Positions 21,275 through 32,428 are shown, counted from the stretch's first letter. The stretch: 64,000 nucleotides of DNA from a virus (IMGVR_UViG_3300024255_001563:128001-192000); one strand, 5' to 3'. The notes: generated from the letters alone by a model not told the origin. Numbers and translations: made by a program.

Positions 21275-22581
21275 TAAATTTATATTACGATAATATAATT
21301 GACGGCGTTCCGGCACCTAACGGTACATTTAATTTTGAAATATCTAAAGACGCTCGGAGAATTCCATACGTTAAAGATTATAGAGCAGAGATGCCTATAG
21401 CAAAGTTTAATACGTTTTATTTTGTAATGAAAGCAAATAAAACAGTAGTAAACCTTGTGTCAGGCAAGCCTAAAAATATTAAAAATTTATATTATCCTAT
21501 TGAATTAAATTATTCTTATTACGGCTGGAATAGAAACTTAACAGCACTAATATCCCCTAGAGCTAAAAGTTTAATAAAAAAGGGAAGGTTAAAATTATTA
21601 ATTTTAGCTCCGAGGCTAGCCGGTAATTCTTTTATTATTGAACAGTTAAAGCAAAGAGTTGACGAAATAGTAGAATTACTTGGTATTAAAAAAAGCCAAA
21701 TATACATTGTGCTAGGAGAATTAAATAATGTATATAGGACGTTGTTAGACACTAAAAACGTTTTTGGTATAGATTGGTGGCAAATATATATGCAATTAGT
21801 TTATAAAGTTCGAAGTGGATTGTCGTCATTATCGTGGATATGTGAAGATCCATTTTTAAAGATATCAAAAGATTTGACTATTGACCACGAAAATTGGAAC
21901 CCTAAAAAAGTTTACAATACTTCGTTTACAAATTATTTTCAGACAGATGTAACTGTATTTCTTGAGTTGGCTCATAATAACTTACTTGATGACGGGTATG
22001 TTAAGTTAAATTCAAGTAACTATAATTTATCTAAAACAATATCGCCTATGCTAGTTAATCCTAGATCTTCGCAACTTGAAAAAGAATCTAAACAAGGATT
22101 ATTAAAACATATAGACAATTATTCGCAAGAAGTTAACAATACGTTAATGAATTACAATATCGAAGAATACCAAGATACAGTATTATCTATATTGTGTGAT
22201 GACATTGAGATTGATGTTAATACTCAGTATAAACAAGAGGTAGCATCATTTACGTTAGGACCTAACGTATGGAAACACATATATATCGGACACCCTGCGG
22301 CTATTATAGGATGTTCGTCGGTCCATAATTACCTTAATAATCAAGGATATTTTAGTTGCAATGCATTAATTAATCAACATTATGATACAATGTACGATCC
22401 TACAAACCGTGCAGAGCATATTAGAAAAAATATTGAATATCTAAAAAGTCTTAGTAGTGAAGATATAAGCGAATTAATAGCAGAAGCAATACCGTTTTTA
22501 AAAAAGAATCGTGAAATATTTTTAACAAGACGCATGCAGCCTAAATTTTTATCACTTTTTGTTGACATGAATAACAATTGA
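21271..22581 (+). CDS. Hypothetical protein (436 aa), possibly a degenerate glycosyltransferase-related protein
   Basis: Intact ORF; C-terminal 'HPAAIIG...YLNNQGY...YDTMYDP..R' resembles a motif of phage glycan-island proteins. The function is uncertain. Confidence 0.5.
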   Translation: MINLYYDNIIDGVPAPNGTFNFEISKDARRIPYVKDYRAEMPIAKFNTFYFVMKANKTVVNLVSGKPKNIKNLYYPIELNYSYYGWNRNLTALISPRAKSLIKKGRLKLLILAPRLAGNSFIIEQLKQRVDEIVELLGIKKSQIYIVLGELNNVYRTLLDTKNVFGIDWWQIYMQLVYKVRSGLSSLSWICEDPFLKISKDLTIDHENWNPKKVYNTSFTNYFQTDVTVFLELAHNNLLDDGYVKLNSSNYNLSKTISPMLVNPRSSQLEKESKQGLLKHIDNYSQEVNNTLMNYNIEEYQDTVLSILCDDIEIDVNTQYKQEVASFTLGPNVWKHIYIGHPAAIIGCSSVHNYLNNQGYFSCNALINQHYDTMYDPTNRAEHIRKNIEYLKSLSSEDISELIAEAIPFLKKNREIFLTRRMQPKFLSLFVDMNNN

Positions 22582-22590
22582 GTTTATAAT
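22562..22590 (+). promoter_or_regulatory. Sigma70-type promoter, perfect consensus
   Basis: TTGACA (22562-22567), 17 nt, TATAAT (22585-22590), immediately before the ATG at 22598. Confidence 0.8.
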
Positions 22591-22597
22591 ATACATA

Positions 22598-24532
22598 ATG
22601 TATGATATCATTTTTATTAATAATAATTCTAAATATGCACAGGTCTCTTGGAATAAGTTAAAACAACAGTATCCAAGAGCAAAGTCTGCTGATAGTTTTG
22701 AGCAAGCTCAAAAAATAGTGTTTACAAAAATGTTTTGGGTTGTTTGGCCCGATATCGATATTGCAGATGATTTTAAATTTGATTATCGTGCAGACGAATA
22801 TAGTCAAGAATATGTTCATACATTTTTAAATAGAGATACTTATGACGGTGTAATACTTGTACCCAAACGTGCTGAAATATCAGAACGTGAATTGCGCCAT
22901 AGATTCTTTATAAACAAAAAAGAAGTAGATATTGTAGCAAGTACACCTAAGCCGTTTGACTTGTATTACATTGACACTTGGGAAGACTACGAATATGCAC
23001 TTGAAAATAGTTCAACAGAAATGTTTTGGGCAGTATCGCATAACTTAAAATATAGTCTATCATACATAAACAACTTTTATTTTAGTCACCATAACAGTTA
23101 CGACAGGAAAGAAAATCATGCATTTGTACATGAGGTTGATGGAAGGAAATTATACAATGGCGTATTCTTATGTTCGCAAAACAAACCTCTCAACAAAAAA
23201 CAAATAGACTACAGATTCTTAGTAAACGCTAAACAGTGGGACGATGTAGTAAGTGGTCCTAGGCAGTATGAGATATATGCAGTAACTAACTATAATGATT
23301 ATCTAGATATAATAGATCATTGTCCTACAGAGATGTTTTGGATGATACCTTCTCATGTTCAAGTACGTGATGATTTTAACTTTGAAATGTACTTTAGTCA
23401 TGAAAGTGAATACGATAGAAAAATAAATCATGTATTTAAGAACGGCGAATACTACGATGGTATTATTCTATGTAGTAAACATGCACCTATTAGCGAGCGA
23501 GAATTTAAGTATAAATTTATTACTAATAAAAAAGAACATGACGTAATTGCAAGCGATGCATTAGAATATGATAAAATTGTAGTCAACACATATGAAGAAT
23601 TTTGTGAATTAGGACAAAAAGTTAGCACAGACTTCTTTTATGTAATACCTAATGACGTAGACGTAGACTGGGACTTTAACTATCATATACCTTACTACGA
23701 ACGTGAAAACATACACGTATTTAAAAACGGCAAGTACCACGACGGTGTGTTTCTAATACACAAAGATAAGTCACTTGCACAACGTGAGTTTGATTATAGG
23801 TTCTTTGTAAATAAAAAAGAAATTGATATAACTGTTAGTACGCCTAAACCATATGACATTGTGTTTATTAGTTATAATGAACCTAACGCAGATGATAACT
23901 ATCGTTTGCTTACAGACCGTTTTCCTAGAGCAAAACGAGTACACGGTGTAAAAGGCATTCATCAAGCACACATTGAAGCAGCAAAGCTATGTACAACAAA
24001 TATGTTTTTTGTTGTAGACGGGGATGCACAAGTATTAGAAGATTTTGTGTTTGAACATCAAGTTCCTAAATGGCAAAGAGATCAAGTGTTTGTTTGGCGC
24101 AGTCGTAATCCTATTAATGATTTAGAATATGGTTACGGAGGAATTAAACTGTTTCCGGTAAGAGAAACACTTAACATGGACGTTACTAAAACTGACATGA
24201 CTACAAGCATTAGTCCTAAATTTAATGCTATGGAAAGTGTAAGTAACATCACAACATTTAACACAGACGCCTTTTCAACATGGAAAAGTGCTTTTAGAGA
24301 ATGCTGTAAATTAGCAAGTAAAACAATCCGTGGACAAGTAGATAATGAAACAGAAGAAAGACTTAAACAATGGTGCGAAGTAGGGCACGATGCACTATAC
24401 GGAAAATATGCTATACATGGTGCATGTAGCGGCCGTAATTGGGGTAATGACAATAAGCATTATCCGGATAAACTAAATTTAATTAACGACTTTGATTGGT
24501 TATATGAAGAATTTTCAAAACATACCTTTTGA
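22598..24532 (+). CDS. Multi-repeat GT-A (GT2-like) glycosyltransferase (644 aa)
   Basis: Four ~100-aa degenerate units (MFWVVWPD, MFWAVSHN, MFWMIPSH, FFYVIPND) precede a complete domain 'DIVFISYNEPNA...MFFVVDGD...WKSAFRE'. Confidence 0.75.
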   Translation: MYDIIFINNNSKYAQVSWNKLKQQYPRAKSADSFEQAQKIVFTKMFWVVWPDIDIADDFKFDYRADEYSQEYVHTFLNRDTYDGVILVPKRAEISERELRHRFFINKKEVDIVASTPKPFDLYYIDTWEDYEYALENSSTEMFWAVSHNLKYSLSYINNFYFSHHNSYDRKENHAFVHEVDGRKLYNGVFLCSQNKPLNKKQIDYRFLVNAKQWDDVVSGPRQYEIYAVTNYNDYLDIIDHCPTEMFWMIPSHVQVRDDFNFEMYFSHESEYDRKINHVFKNGEYYDGIILCSKHAPISEREFKYKFITNKKEHDVIASDALEYDKIVVNTYEEFCELGQKVSTDFFYVIPNDVDVDWDFNYHIPYYERENIHVFKNGKYHDGVFLIHKDKSLAQREFDYRFFVNKKEIDITVSTPKPYDIVFISYNEPNADDNYRLLTDRFPRAKRVHGVKGIHQAHIEAAKLCTTNMFFVVDGDAQVLEDFVFEHQVPKWQRDQVFVWRSRNPINDLEYGYGGIKLFPVRETLNMDVTKTDMTTSISPKFNAMESVSNITTFNTDAFSTWKSAFRECCKLASKTIRGQVDNETEERLKQWCEVGHDALYGKYAIHGACSGRNWGNDNKHYPDKLNLINDFDWLYEEFSKHTF

Positions 24533-25502
24533 CAACATAACAAAGTTTGGACAAAAAACCTTGTTAGACACTAACTTGTTTACAGTGTCTTGGATCCTTG
24601 CGAGATTTTGTAATTACAATTGTAGCTACTGCTGGCCTTATGCAAGAAGTAGTACACCCGACCATCAAACATTAGAAACATACAAAACTGCATTAACTGA
24701 AATAAAGCGACAGGCAAGAGATAACGGATTTACAGACTTCCATTTTAGTTTTAGTGGAGGCGAGCCTACGGCATATAAATACTTTGGGGAGCTCATAGAG
24801 CATTATTGCAGTGATGCAACACCCGAATACCAAAGTATCCACATGACAACAAATCTTAGCCCGGGAAGCAAATGGTGGAACAAGTGGTTAGAAACTACAA
24901 GCACTCTGCAACGTAGAAGTATAACAGCGAGCTATCACGCAGAGTTTGCTAATGAACAAGAATTTGGAGACAAATGTCTTCAACTTATGAAAGAAGGTGT
25001 TTATGTTACAATCAATCAAGTTATGGTTCCGGAAATGTTCGAAGAGCTTTACGGACGCTTGGAGCGATTTGCCGCCAGAGGTATTAATGTCACTCTCAAA
25101 CCCCAGTCCGATCCTACCGCCAGTAGTGTGGTACATGGTTACACAACCAATGAAATCGAAACCATGCAAAAAGGGTTCCCACAAAAAATCCCAGATGAAT
25201 TTAAAAGAATAATTCCTTTACTGCAAGTTGAATTAGAAGACAGCACTGGAAAAACGTACTACATAGATCAAGCAGAACGCTTTAATGCATTTGGATTTAA
25301 TAAGTTTAAAGGATGGGAATGTAATGCAGGCTATCAAGGATGCGTTATACGTAGTAATGAAGTTAAACGCAGCTACAGTTGCCACGATGAACCCTTAGGC
25401 ACGTTAGACGGCGGATTTGAGCTGTTTAAAGCACCACGTAAGTGCGTTACTCCTAGCTGTGTAAGCAGTGCAGATAGTAAACTACCAAAGAGAAAAATAT
25501 GA
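24504..25502 (+). CDS. Radical SAM protein with C-terminal twitch-like domain (type B)
   Basis: CNYNCSYC; SGGEP; C-terminal 'WECNAG...SCH...CVTPSCVS'. ATG 24504 preferred over 24492. Confidence 0.88.
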   Translation: MKNFQNIPFDNITKFGQKTLLDTNLFTVSWILARFCNYNCSYCWPYARSSTPDHQTLETYKTALTEIKRQARDNGFTDFHFSFSGGEPTAYKYFGELIEHYCSDATPEYQSIHMTTNLSPGSKWWNKWLETTSTLQRRSITASYHAEFANEQEFGDKCLQLMKEGVYVTINQVMVPEMFEELYGRLERFAARGINVTLKPQSDPTASSVVHGYTTNEIETMQKGFPQKIPDEFKRIIPLLQVELEDSTGKTYYIDQAERFNAFGFNKFKGWECNAGYQGCVIRSNEVKRSYSCHDEPLGTLDGGFELFKAPRKCVTPSCVSSADSKLPKRKI

Positions 25503-26104
25503 AAATAGATATACAAGATGTATTATTCTGGATGGATGCAATTCGCAACAGCGATGACAAATACCGTACACTTGAAAGCTTCTGGAAAGGACAAGTCAAC
25601 AGCAAGATATGGCTTGCTGACGCACTGCGTGTAAACTACGTTGACGATGATGCTCGTATTGTAATATACGGCGGCTGGAATGGTGTGCTTTCTAGTATCT
25701 TATTTAATAGCAGTTTAAGCATTGAGCATATTACAAGTGTTGACATTGATGAAGATTGCCAAGAAACTGCATACACAGTTAATAAAAACTATGAAATAGC
25801 AGGAAGATTTGATGCAGTAACCGCAGACATGTGTACTTACACAGAACCTGCTGACATTGTTATTAACACAAGCTGCGAACACATTACGCAAGAACAATAC
25901 GAACAGTGGTTAGACATTCAACCAGACGATGCGCTATTTGTAATACAAAGCAATAACTACTTTGAGTTAGACGAGCACATTCGTTGTGCAACTGATCAAG
26001 ATGACTTTATGCGCATGAGTAAAATCAAACCATACTGGAGAGGCGAATTTAAAACCCCTAAGTATACTCGTTATATGATTATAGGTAAAAAGAAGAATGT
26101 ATAA
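25499..26104 (+). CDS. Class I SAM-dependent methyltransferase (201 aa)
   Basis: 'IVIYGGWNGVL' motif I, 'TSVDID' motif II, 'DIVINTSCEH' motif IV. Confidence 0.75.
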   Translation: MKIDIQDVLFWMDAIRNSDDKYRTLESFWKGQVNSKIWLADALRVNYVDDDARIVIYGGWNGVLSSILFNSSLSIEHITSVDIDEDCQETAYTVNKNYEIAGRFDAVTADMCTYTEPADIVINTSCEHITQEQYEQWLDIQPDDALFVIQSNNYFELDEHIRCATDQDDFMRMSKIKPYWRGEFKTPKYTRYMIIGKKKNV

Positions 26105-26915
26105 TAGAATAGTAGCATATGGGTGTAGTATTACTTCAGGATTTGAACTTGCAGATTACGAACTAATGCCATCTTTAAATTTTGTTGAAATAAATAAAAT
26201 AAAAGCAAAGGGAGTCGAATTCTGGAGAGACAAAATTGAAAGCAAATACTCTCTTGAATATATTGACAGTAGAGAACATAATCACGCCTGGCCGCAGCAT
26301 TTAGCAAACAAACTTAATGTTGACGTAGTTAATAGAGCTTATCCAGGAAGTAATAGTGAGTCGTCTATATATTTTTTAGAGGAAGATATTAGTAGAGGTT
26401 TTATAAAACCTACTGATCTTATAATTGTTGCTCATACAGAAAGTTCGAGATGGTTCTATCTTGACAAAGAATGCAAAAAACATCATTGTTGTCCAGGCGG
26501 CCTACCAAAAGAGTGGAATTCACAGCTATCGCACAGATTAAGATGGCCGTCGAAATCGTTTCATAAAGATTATGTTTTACATGTATCTAACGATTTTAAC
26601 GATATGTTTCGATGGTTTAAAGATATAAAGTATCTAGAAATGCTATCAAAAAAACATAATATTTTACAAGTTTTTGCATTCACCCCGTTTTTAACTCAGT
26701 TACACAATAACATTAACAAGTTTAAAGAATACAATTTATTAAATGCATATAACTCAGTTAAAGAATTTAATTCTATATTAGATAACTACTTTTCTTTTAA
26801 TGATTTAGTTAATTGGGATGATTCTAGTCAATTGCATACATACACGCATCCTAAAGAAGAATATCATATAGAGTACGCAAATTATATATACAAAAAAATA
26901 AAAGACAGGCAGTAG
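26097..26915 (+). CDS. SGNH/GDSL-hydrolase-like protein (272 aa)
   Basis: 'IVAYGCSITSG' block I Ser, 'VVNRAYPGSNS' block II, C-terminal 'THPKEEYHIEYA' His. Confidence 0.65.
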   Translation: MYNRIVAYGCSITSGFELADYELMPSLNFVEINKIKAKGVEFWRDKIESKYSLEYIDSREHNHAWPQHLANKLNVDVVNRAYPGSNSESSIYFLEEDISRGFIKPTDLIIVAHTESSRWFYLDKECKKHHCCPGGLPKEWNSQLSHRLRWPSKSFHKDYVLHVSNDFNDMFRWFKDIKYLEMLSKKHNILQVFAFTPFLTQLHNNINKFKEYNLLNAYNSVKEFNSILDNYFSFNDLVNWDDSSQLHTYTHPKEEYHIEYANYIYKKIKDRQ

Positions 26916-28004
26916 ATGTTTAACTTTGAAAATTTAGAAAAGGCACAAGTCGAAATAACCAATCGTTGCCAAGCTAGCTGTCCAATGTGCTTAAGGAATA
27001 TTCACGGCGGTATAGAAAATCCTAATCTAACTAGTCATGATTGGACATTAGAAGATTTTAAAGAAATATTTACACCAAAAATTTTACAACAATTAAAGCG
27101 TATAGACTTTTGCGGAGATTTTGGAGAACCTACAGTTAATAATGATTTAATTAGCATGTGTGCTTATATTAAACAGCAAAATCCTGAACTAGAAACTGCT
27201 ATTTTTACTAACGGTAGCACAAGAACACTAGGCTGGTGGAAACGCCTAGCACAGGCGCTTACAGTGCGTCACAAGGTAGAATTTGCACTAGATGGACTTA
27301 GTGATACGCATAGTTTATATAGAGTCGGAACAGACTATGATAAGATTACTAAAAATGCACAAGCATTTGCAAAAGCCGGTGGATATGCAGTATGGATGTT
27401 TATAAGATTTAAACATAACCAAGAACAAGTAAAAGACGCAGAAATTATATCTAGAAAGTTTGGGTTTTCAGAGTTTCATGTTAAAAACAGCAAACGATTT
27501 GGAGATACCTTTCCAGTATTAGATAAACAAGGCAATGTAACACATTATTTAGATCAGCCAGATGTTACACCTATCAAGTTCTTTGATAAAAATGATTTGT
27601 TATCTTACAAATCTTGGCCTGAAGCAGAAAAAGTTAATTGTATGGTGTTACACGATAAAGAAATTTATATAGATGCTAACTTTACAGTATTACCGTGCTG
27701 TCTGCTTGGTAGTTTTTTATATGCAAACTATGATGAAGTTTTATATAAAAAGTATGATGTATATAAGCATTCATCTATTGTAGATGTAGGAAAAATTGCA
27801 CAAAAGGAAACTTATAGAATTGTAGAAGAACTTGGCGGATTACAAGCATTAGATGCAAAAAAAGGTTTAGAAAATATTGTTAATGATCCTAAATGGCAAA
27901 CTATTTGGCAAAGAGAATGGAGTAACAAAACATCTCCTGCATGTATTGTATTATGCGGAAAAAATACTCCATTAACACGGGTCGAAGATCAGGTAGAGCG
28001 ATAA
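26916..28004 (+). CDS. Radical SAM protein, type C
   Basis: CQASCPMC; CGDFGEP; C-terminal 'VNC...LPCC...ACIVLCG'. Confidence 0.9.
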   Translation: MFNFENLEKAQVEITNRCQASCPMCLRNIHGGIENPNLTSHDWTLEDFKEIFTPKILQQLKRIDFCGDFGEPTVNNDLISMCAYIKQQNPELETAIFTNGSTRTLGWWKRLAQALTVRHKVEFALDGLSDTHSLYRVGTDYDKITKNAQAFAKAGGYAVWMFIRFKHNQEQVKDAEIISRKFGFSEFHVKNSKRFGDTFPVLDKQGNVTHYLDQPDVTPIKFFDKNDLLSYKSWPEAEKVNCMVLHDKEIYIDANFTVLPCCLLGSFLYANYDEVLYKKYDVYKHSSIVDVGKIAQKETYRIVEELGGLQALDAKKGLENIVNDPKWQTIWQREWSNKTSPACIVLCGKNTPLTRVEDQVER

Positions 28005-28013
28005 GTAGATATA

Positions 28014-29096
28014 ATGATAAACTTTAATCAACTTAAACAAATCCATTTAGAAATTACAAATAACTGTCAAGCAAGTTGTCCTATGTGTACTAGAAATATT
28101 CACGGAGGACTTAAAAATCCTAATATTAATAAACGTGGATGGACACTTGATGACTATAAAAAAATTATATCTCCAGAAGTTATAGAGCAAATTGAAAATG
28201 TTTACTTTTGTGGAAACTATGGCGATCCATTATTGAACGACCAATTGCTCGAAATGGTCGAGTATACTACTTCTATTAAAAAAGATATCAAAATTACTAT
28301 ACATACTAATGGTAGTTTAAGAAGCAAAGAATGGTGGACAAACTTAGCAAAAGTTATGCCTAATAGTCATAGAGTAGTTTTTGCTATAGATGGATTAGAA
28401 GATACACAAACAATTTATAGAATTGGTACTAGTTACGAAAAAATAATCGAAAATGCAAAAGCATTTATAGATGCCGGCGGCATTGCAGAATGGGCTTATA
28501 TAAGATTTAAACATAACGAACATCAAGTAGAAGAAGCAAGACATCGAGCAATTGATATAGGGTTTGAATACTTTACAATGAAAGATAGTTCGCGGTGGTT
28601 AATGGAACCTAAATTTAAAGTCTTGGATAAACAAGGTAATATTGATTATTATTTAGAACCAAGTCAACATTCAACTATTAAAATTGTTGATACCGATATT
28701 ATTGGAAATTATAAAAGTATTTTAGAAAAAACAGAAATTAATTGTTATGCAAAACATGTAAAAGAAGTTTACATAGATTCTTATGGGCATGTATTTCCGT
28801 GTTGTTGGCTTGCAATGATTCCGTATCATCCTAAAGATTTGGAACACGAATTACATGAAATTCGAGAAGCAATTTATGCAGAATATTTTGACTTAGTTAA
28901 ATCACTAGGTGGTATAGACGCATTAGACGTAAAGAAAAAACCGTTGAAGGATATTATTAATTCAGACGAATATCAAAATGTTTGGAATAGTTATTGGACG
29001 GATAAAAAATTAATTACTTGCGGCAGAGCTTGCGGAATACAACCTGAATTGTTTTCTACGCCGCAGGACCAATTTACAAGTAGGGAAGAGCTATGA
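28014..29096 (+). CDS. Radical SAM protein, type C paralogue
   Basis: CQASCPMC; CGNYGDP; C-terminal 'INC...FPCC...TCGRACG'. Confidence 0.9.
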   Translation: MINFNQLKQIHLEITNNCQASCPMCTRNIHGGLKNPNINKRGWTLDDYKKIISPEVIEQIENVYFCGNYGDPLLNDQLLEMVEYTTSIKKDIKITIHTNGSLRSKEWWTNLAKVMPNSHRVVFAIDGLEDTQTIYRIGTSYEKIIENAKAFIDAGGIAEWAYIRFKHNEHQVEEARHRAIDIGFEYFTMKDSSRWLMEPKFKVLDKQGNIDYYLEPSQHSTIKIVDTDIIGNYKSILEKTEINCYAKHVKEVYIDSYGHVFPCCWLAMIPYHPKDLEHELHEIREAIYAEYFDLVKSLGGIDALDVKKKPLKDIINSDEYQNVWNSYWTDKKLITCGRACGIQPELFSTPQDQFTSREEL

Positions 29097-30505
29097 AAGA
29101 TTTATATTGGCTACAAGACGAAAATAGTCGAATGGGAAAAGGACAGCGAGATGTTTTTGAAAAAACAGGATCTTATACATTTTGCGCACTTCCTTGGATA
29201 CATATAGCAACAAGACCTAACGGTGATGCTAGACTTTGCTGTGTAACAAATGCATCAGGTGCTCATACAGGAGATCACGAAGTTGGTCTTGTTAAAATGG
29301 AAAATGGTGAGCCTGCAAACTTTGGTAAAGATTCATTAAAAGAAGCATTTAATAATGACTACATGTGTAGTGTAAGAAAAACAATGATAGAAGGTAAAAT
29401 ACCTGCTAGTTGTACAAAGTGCTTTGAAGAAGAATCAAACGGAGTTGTAAGTAAACGTCTCTGGGAATTACATGAATGGAACAACGATGGGTTGGATTTT
29501 GCACAGCTAATAAAAGATACAAGCGAAGATGGAAAGATTCCGCACGAAATACAATATTTTGATTTAAGATTAGGTCATACTTGTAACTTGAAGTGTGTAA
29601 TGTGTAGTCCGCACGATAGCAGTCGATGGATGGAAGACTACGAAAAGATTATAGCAACCTCAAACAGTCAAACAGTTATACGACAAATAAGTTGGGATAA
29701 AACAAAGTTTAATAATAAATGGTACGAAAAGCCAGAACTTTGGGAAGAAATTTTTGAACAAATACCACATATTAAACAGTTGTATTTTGCTGGCGGTGAG
29801 CCTTTAATGATTAAAGAACATAGAAAATTTTTATTAGAAATAATTAAAAGAGGATATGCTAAAAATATATGTTTACGATATAACTCTAATGGTGTCTTTG
29901 TAAATCAAGATATGATCGATATTTGGACAGAATTTAAACAAGTTAGATTTGCATTTAGTTTAGATGCAGTCGACGAACGTAACTATTATATTAGATACCC
30001 TACTAAGTGGAAAGATGTAGAGCGTAGTTTAGAGTTAATGGATAATACTCCGGATCATATACATTGTCATATTGCCTGTGCAGTACAGGCATTAAATGTA
30101 AAACATATTGTTCACTTTGCAAAATGGAAACTTACTAAAGGCTATAAGAAAATTAATAAGTTTAAAACAGATATCTATGAAGCAGGTGGCGGAATAATTA
30201 ATCTACATTTACTGTACATTCCTACATTTTTAAGTGCAAGGATATTACCTGAAAAAGACAAACAAGAAATACGTGAACAGTTTGCAGAGTTTAAACAGTG
30301 GCTTTGGGACAATTATACACAAGATGATAACTTTTGGCACGAAAATCCTTATGGTTGGAAACGTTGGGAAGGTATATTAAGATTTATCGACGCAGAAGAT
30401 CATTCACACTTATTACCTGACTTTAAAGATTATGTTAATAACCTTGATAAAATTAGAGGCTTAAATGCAAAAGAAGTATTTCCAGAATTGAAACATTTGC
30501 TATGA
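29093..30505 (+). CDS. Radical SAM protein, type A
   Basis: CNLKCVMC; AGGEP; 'FCALPWIH...LCC...SCTKC'. Confidence 0.9.
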   Translation: MKDLYWLQDENSRMGKGQRDVFEKTGSYTFCALPWIHIATRPNGDARLCCVTNASGAHTGDHEVGLVKMENGEPANFGKDSLKEAFNNDYMCSVRKTMIEGKIPASCTKCFEEESNGVVSKRLWELHEWNNDGLDFAQLIKDTSEDGKIPHEIQYFDLRLGHTCNLKCVMCSPHDSSRWMEDYEKIIATSNSQTVIRQISWDKTKFNNKWYEKPELWEEIFEQIPHIKQLYFAGGEPLMIKEHRKFLLEIIKRGYAKNICLRYNSNGVFVNQDMIDIWTEFKQVRFAFSLDAVDERNYYIRYPTKWKDVERSLELMDNTPDHIHCHIACAVQALNVKHIVHFAKWKLTKGYKKINKFKTDIYEAGGGIINLHLLYIPTFLSARILPEKDKQEIREQFAEFKQWLWDNYTQDDNFWHENPYGWKRWEGILRFIDAEDHSHLLPDFKDYVNNLDKIRGLNAKEVFPELKHLL

Positions 30506-31539
30506 CAACCCCTATTAAGATAAAATCTACTAGAGAAGACTCTTATCTAGATATTAGATGGATGCCTAATAACGTTTGTAATTTTAAATGCAGATACTGT
30601 TTTCCAGGTAGTAATGACGGGGACTATCCTAGCCCTAAAGATATAAATCTTATTATAAAAAACTTCAAACATTTGTTAACTGTTTATAAAGAGCAGTTAG
30701 GAAAAACAAAAACACATATTGAAATTATGGGGGGAGAGCCTACACTTTGGAGAGATCTTGATATATTCGTACAAGAAATTAAAAAAGATCACAATGTTTA
30801 TATTAGTCTTATAACTAATGGGTCACGAACATTGCGGTGGTGGAAAGAAAAAGGACACCTCGTAGACAATATTCATTTGACACATCATGTTGCTCAGGCA
30901 AACTTAGATCACACAATTGGTGTAGCAGATGCTATGTATGATTTAGGAAAGAAAATTACTGTAAAAGTTTTGATGGATCCTACTTGTTGGGACGATTGTG
31001 TAGATGCTGTAGAATATTTAAAAAGGAACAGCAAACACAAATGGTTTGTTACAGTAGCAGAAGTAATAGAAACGGAATCAACTACGTTAAACGACATTAG
31101 AATAATAACCACTGATGATTTAAAGTATACTCCGGAACAGAAAAAGTATATGAAATGGGGTATAAAACAATTACCTAATTTTAAATGGTTTTGGAATAAC
31201 AGAAATCTTATAGCAAACGGTGAAATTAGATATACTGAAAGTGTTGCTACACTAGAAAACAATAAAAAGGTAAGAGCAGAGTCCGGAACTTACATTAATA
31301 AAAATTGGAACAATTTTAAAGGATGGAGTTGCAACATTGGCGTAGATAGTATCTTTATTAATTGGGACGGAACACTTAAAGGATCTTGTGGAGAGTTTCT
31401 TTACGGTTTGAATTATTACTACAACATACTTGACAACGACTTCGAACAAAAATTTGATACGGAAATAAAGCCAACTATATGTTCAAAGTTTAATTGTATT
31501 TGTGCTCCTGAAACACATCTAACTAAGAAGAAACTTTAG
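30502..31539 (+). CDS. Radical SAM protein, type B
   Basis: CNFKCRYC; MGGEP; C-terminal 'WSCNIG...GSC...ICSKFNCIC'. Confidence 0.9.
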   Translation: MTTPIKIKSTREDSYLDIRWMPNNVCNFKCRYCFPGSNDGDYPSPKDINLIIKNFKHLLTVYKEQLGKTKTHIEIMGGEPTLWRDLDIFVQEIKKDHNVYISLITNGSRTLRWWKEKGHLVDNIHLTHHVAQANLDHTIGVADAMYDLGKKITVKVLMDPTCWDDCVDAVEYLKRNSKHKWFVTVAEVIETESTTLNDIRIITTDDLKYTPEQKKYMKWGIKQLPNFKWFWNNRNLIANGEIRYTESVATLENNKKVRAESGTYINKNWNNFKGWSCNIGVDSIFINWDGTLKGSCGEFLYGLNYYYNILDNDFEQKFDTEIKPTICSKFNCICAPETHLTKKKL

Positions 31540-32428
31540 TTAACGGAATATCAGCAGCACAAGTACACCACTTACGTGTACAAGTAATTGGTTCTAAAGG
31601 TTGTTTAAACGTACCATTATAAATATTTCCTAGACTACCGCCTACTCTACAAGTAGCACGATGAACCTCGCCGTCCCAATTGATCATCAGACTTTCTAAA
31701 CCTGCATTACAAGTCCAGCCCTCGAATTGATTTAGTTTATGTTTAATAATATCATTAGCATGTATCATATCTTTTCCGTCTATGACGCAGTTTGCCTTCA
31801 CAGTTGCAGTTTTACTAAGTATCCATTCTAAGTCTTGTCCGTTATACCTCATATCGTCAAACCATTCTCGATCGTCAGCATCAGTCCATCGTATTCGTCT
31901 ACACACATACGGAATACGATGACTTTCAAGCAATGATGCTACATCGCGTACTTGATTCATATATTCATGATGACACATTAAGTTAACTTGAAATAGCGTA
32001 TCCTTGCCCTCCATGTCTAGTAACTGACTATATCTAATAATATTTTCGCCTGCTCTTCGGCTATGTTCGTTGTCAAAGTGCAAACTAAATACCCATTGAT
32101 CTACAGGTTGTTTAATATACCACTCTGGCGAACGCAATCCGTTTGTAGTAACACTTAGCCGCTGTAGTCGTTGACTTCCACATTCTAAGATATCATTAAT
32201 TTTAGGATGTACAGTAGGTTCGCCTCCTGTTAAACTTAGTCGTATTGGTTTATTAATCTTTTCCAATTCATAGATTGTGTTAACCATAACATTTAGATCA
32301 GTGTGAGGGCTAAAGTTATCGTGTATTTCAGCAGGACAGTAAGCGCAATCTAAGTTACAGCGTTTGCCAATATTCCATTCGACATGAATACTGGTATGGT
32401 GTCCCCAACGATTTTCTATGCTATGCAT
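31523..32428 (-). CDS. Radical SAM protein, type B
   Basis: CNLDCAYC; TGGEP; C-terminal 'WTCNAG...ATC...TCTRKWCTC'. Start at 32428 (MHSIENR) gives an 8-nt overlap with the upstream gene. Confidence 0.9.
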   Translation of the reverse strand: MHSIENRWGHHTSIHVEWNIGKRCNLDCAYCPAEIHDNFSPHTDLNVMVNTIYELEKINKPIRLSLTGGEPTVHPKINDILECGSQRLQRLSVTTNGLRSPEWYIKQPVDQWVFSLHFDNEHSRRAGENIIRYSQLLDMEGKDTLFQVNLMCHHEYMNQVRDVASLLESHRIPYVCRRIRWTDADDREWFDDMRYNGQDLEWILSKTATVKANCVIDGKDMIHANDIIKHKLNQFEGWTCNAGLESLMINWDGEVHRATCRVGGSLGNIYNGTFKQPLEPITCTRKWCTCAADIPLTKVSS

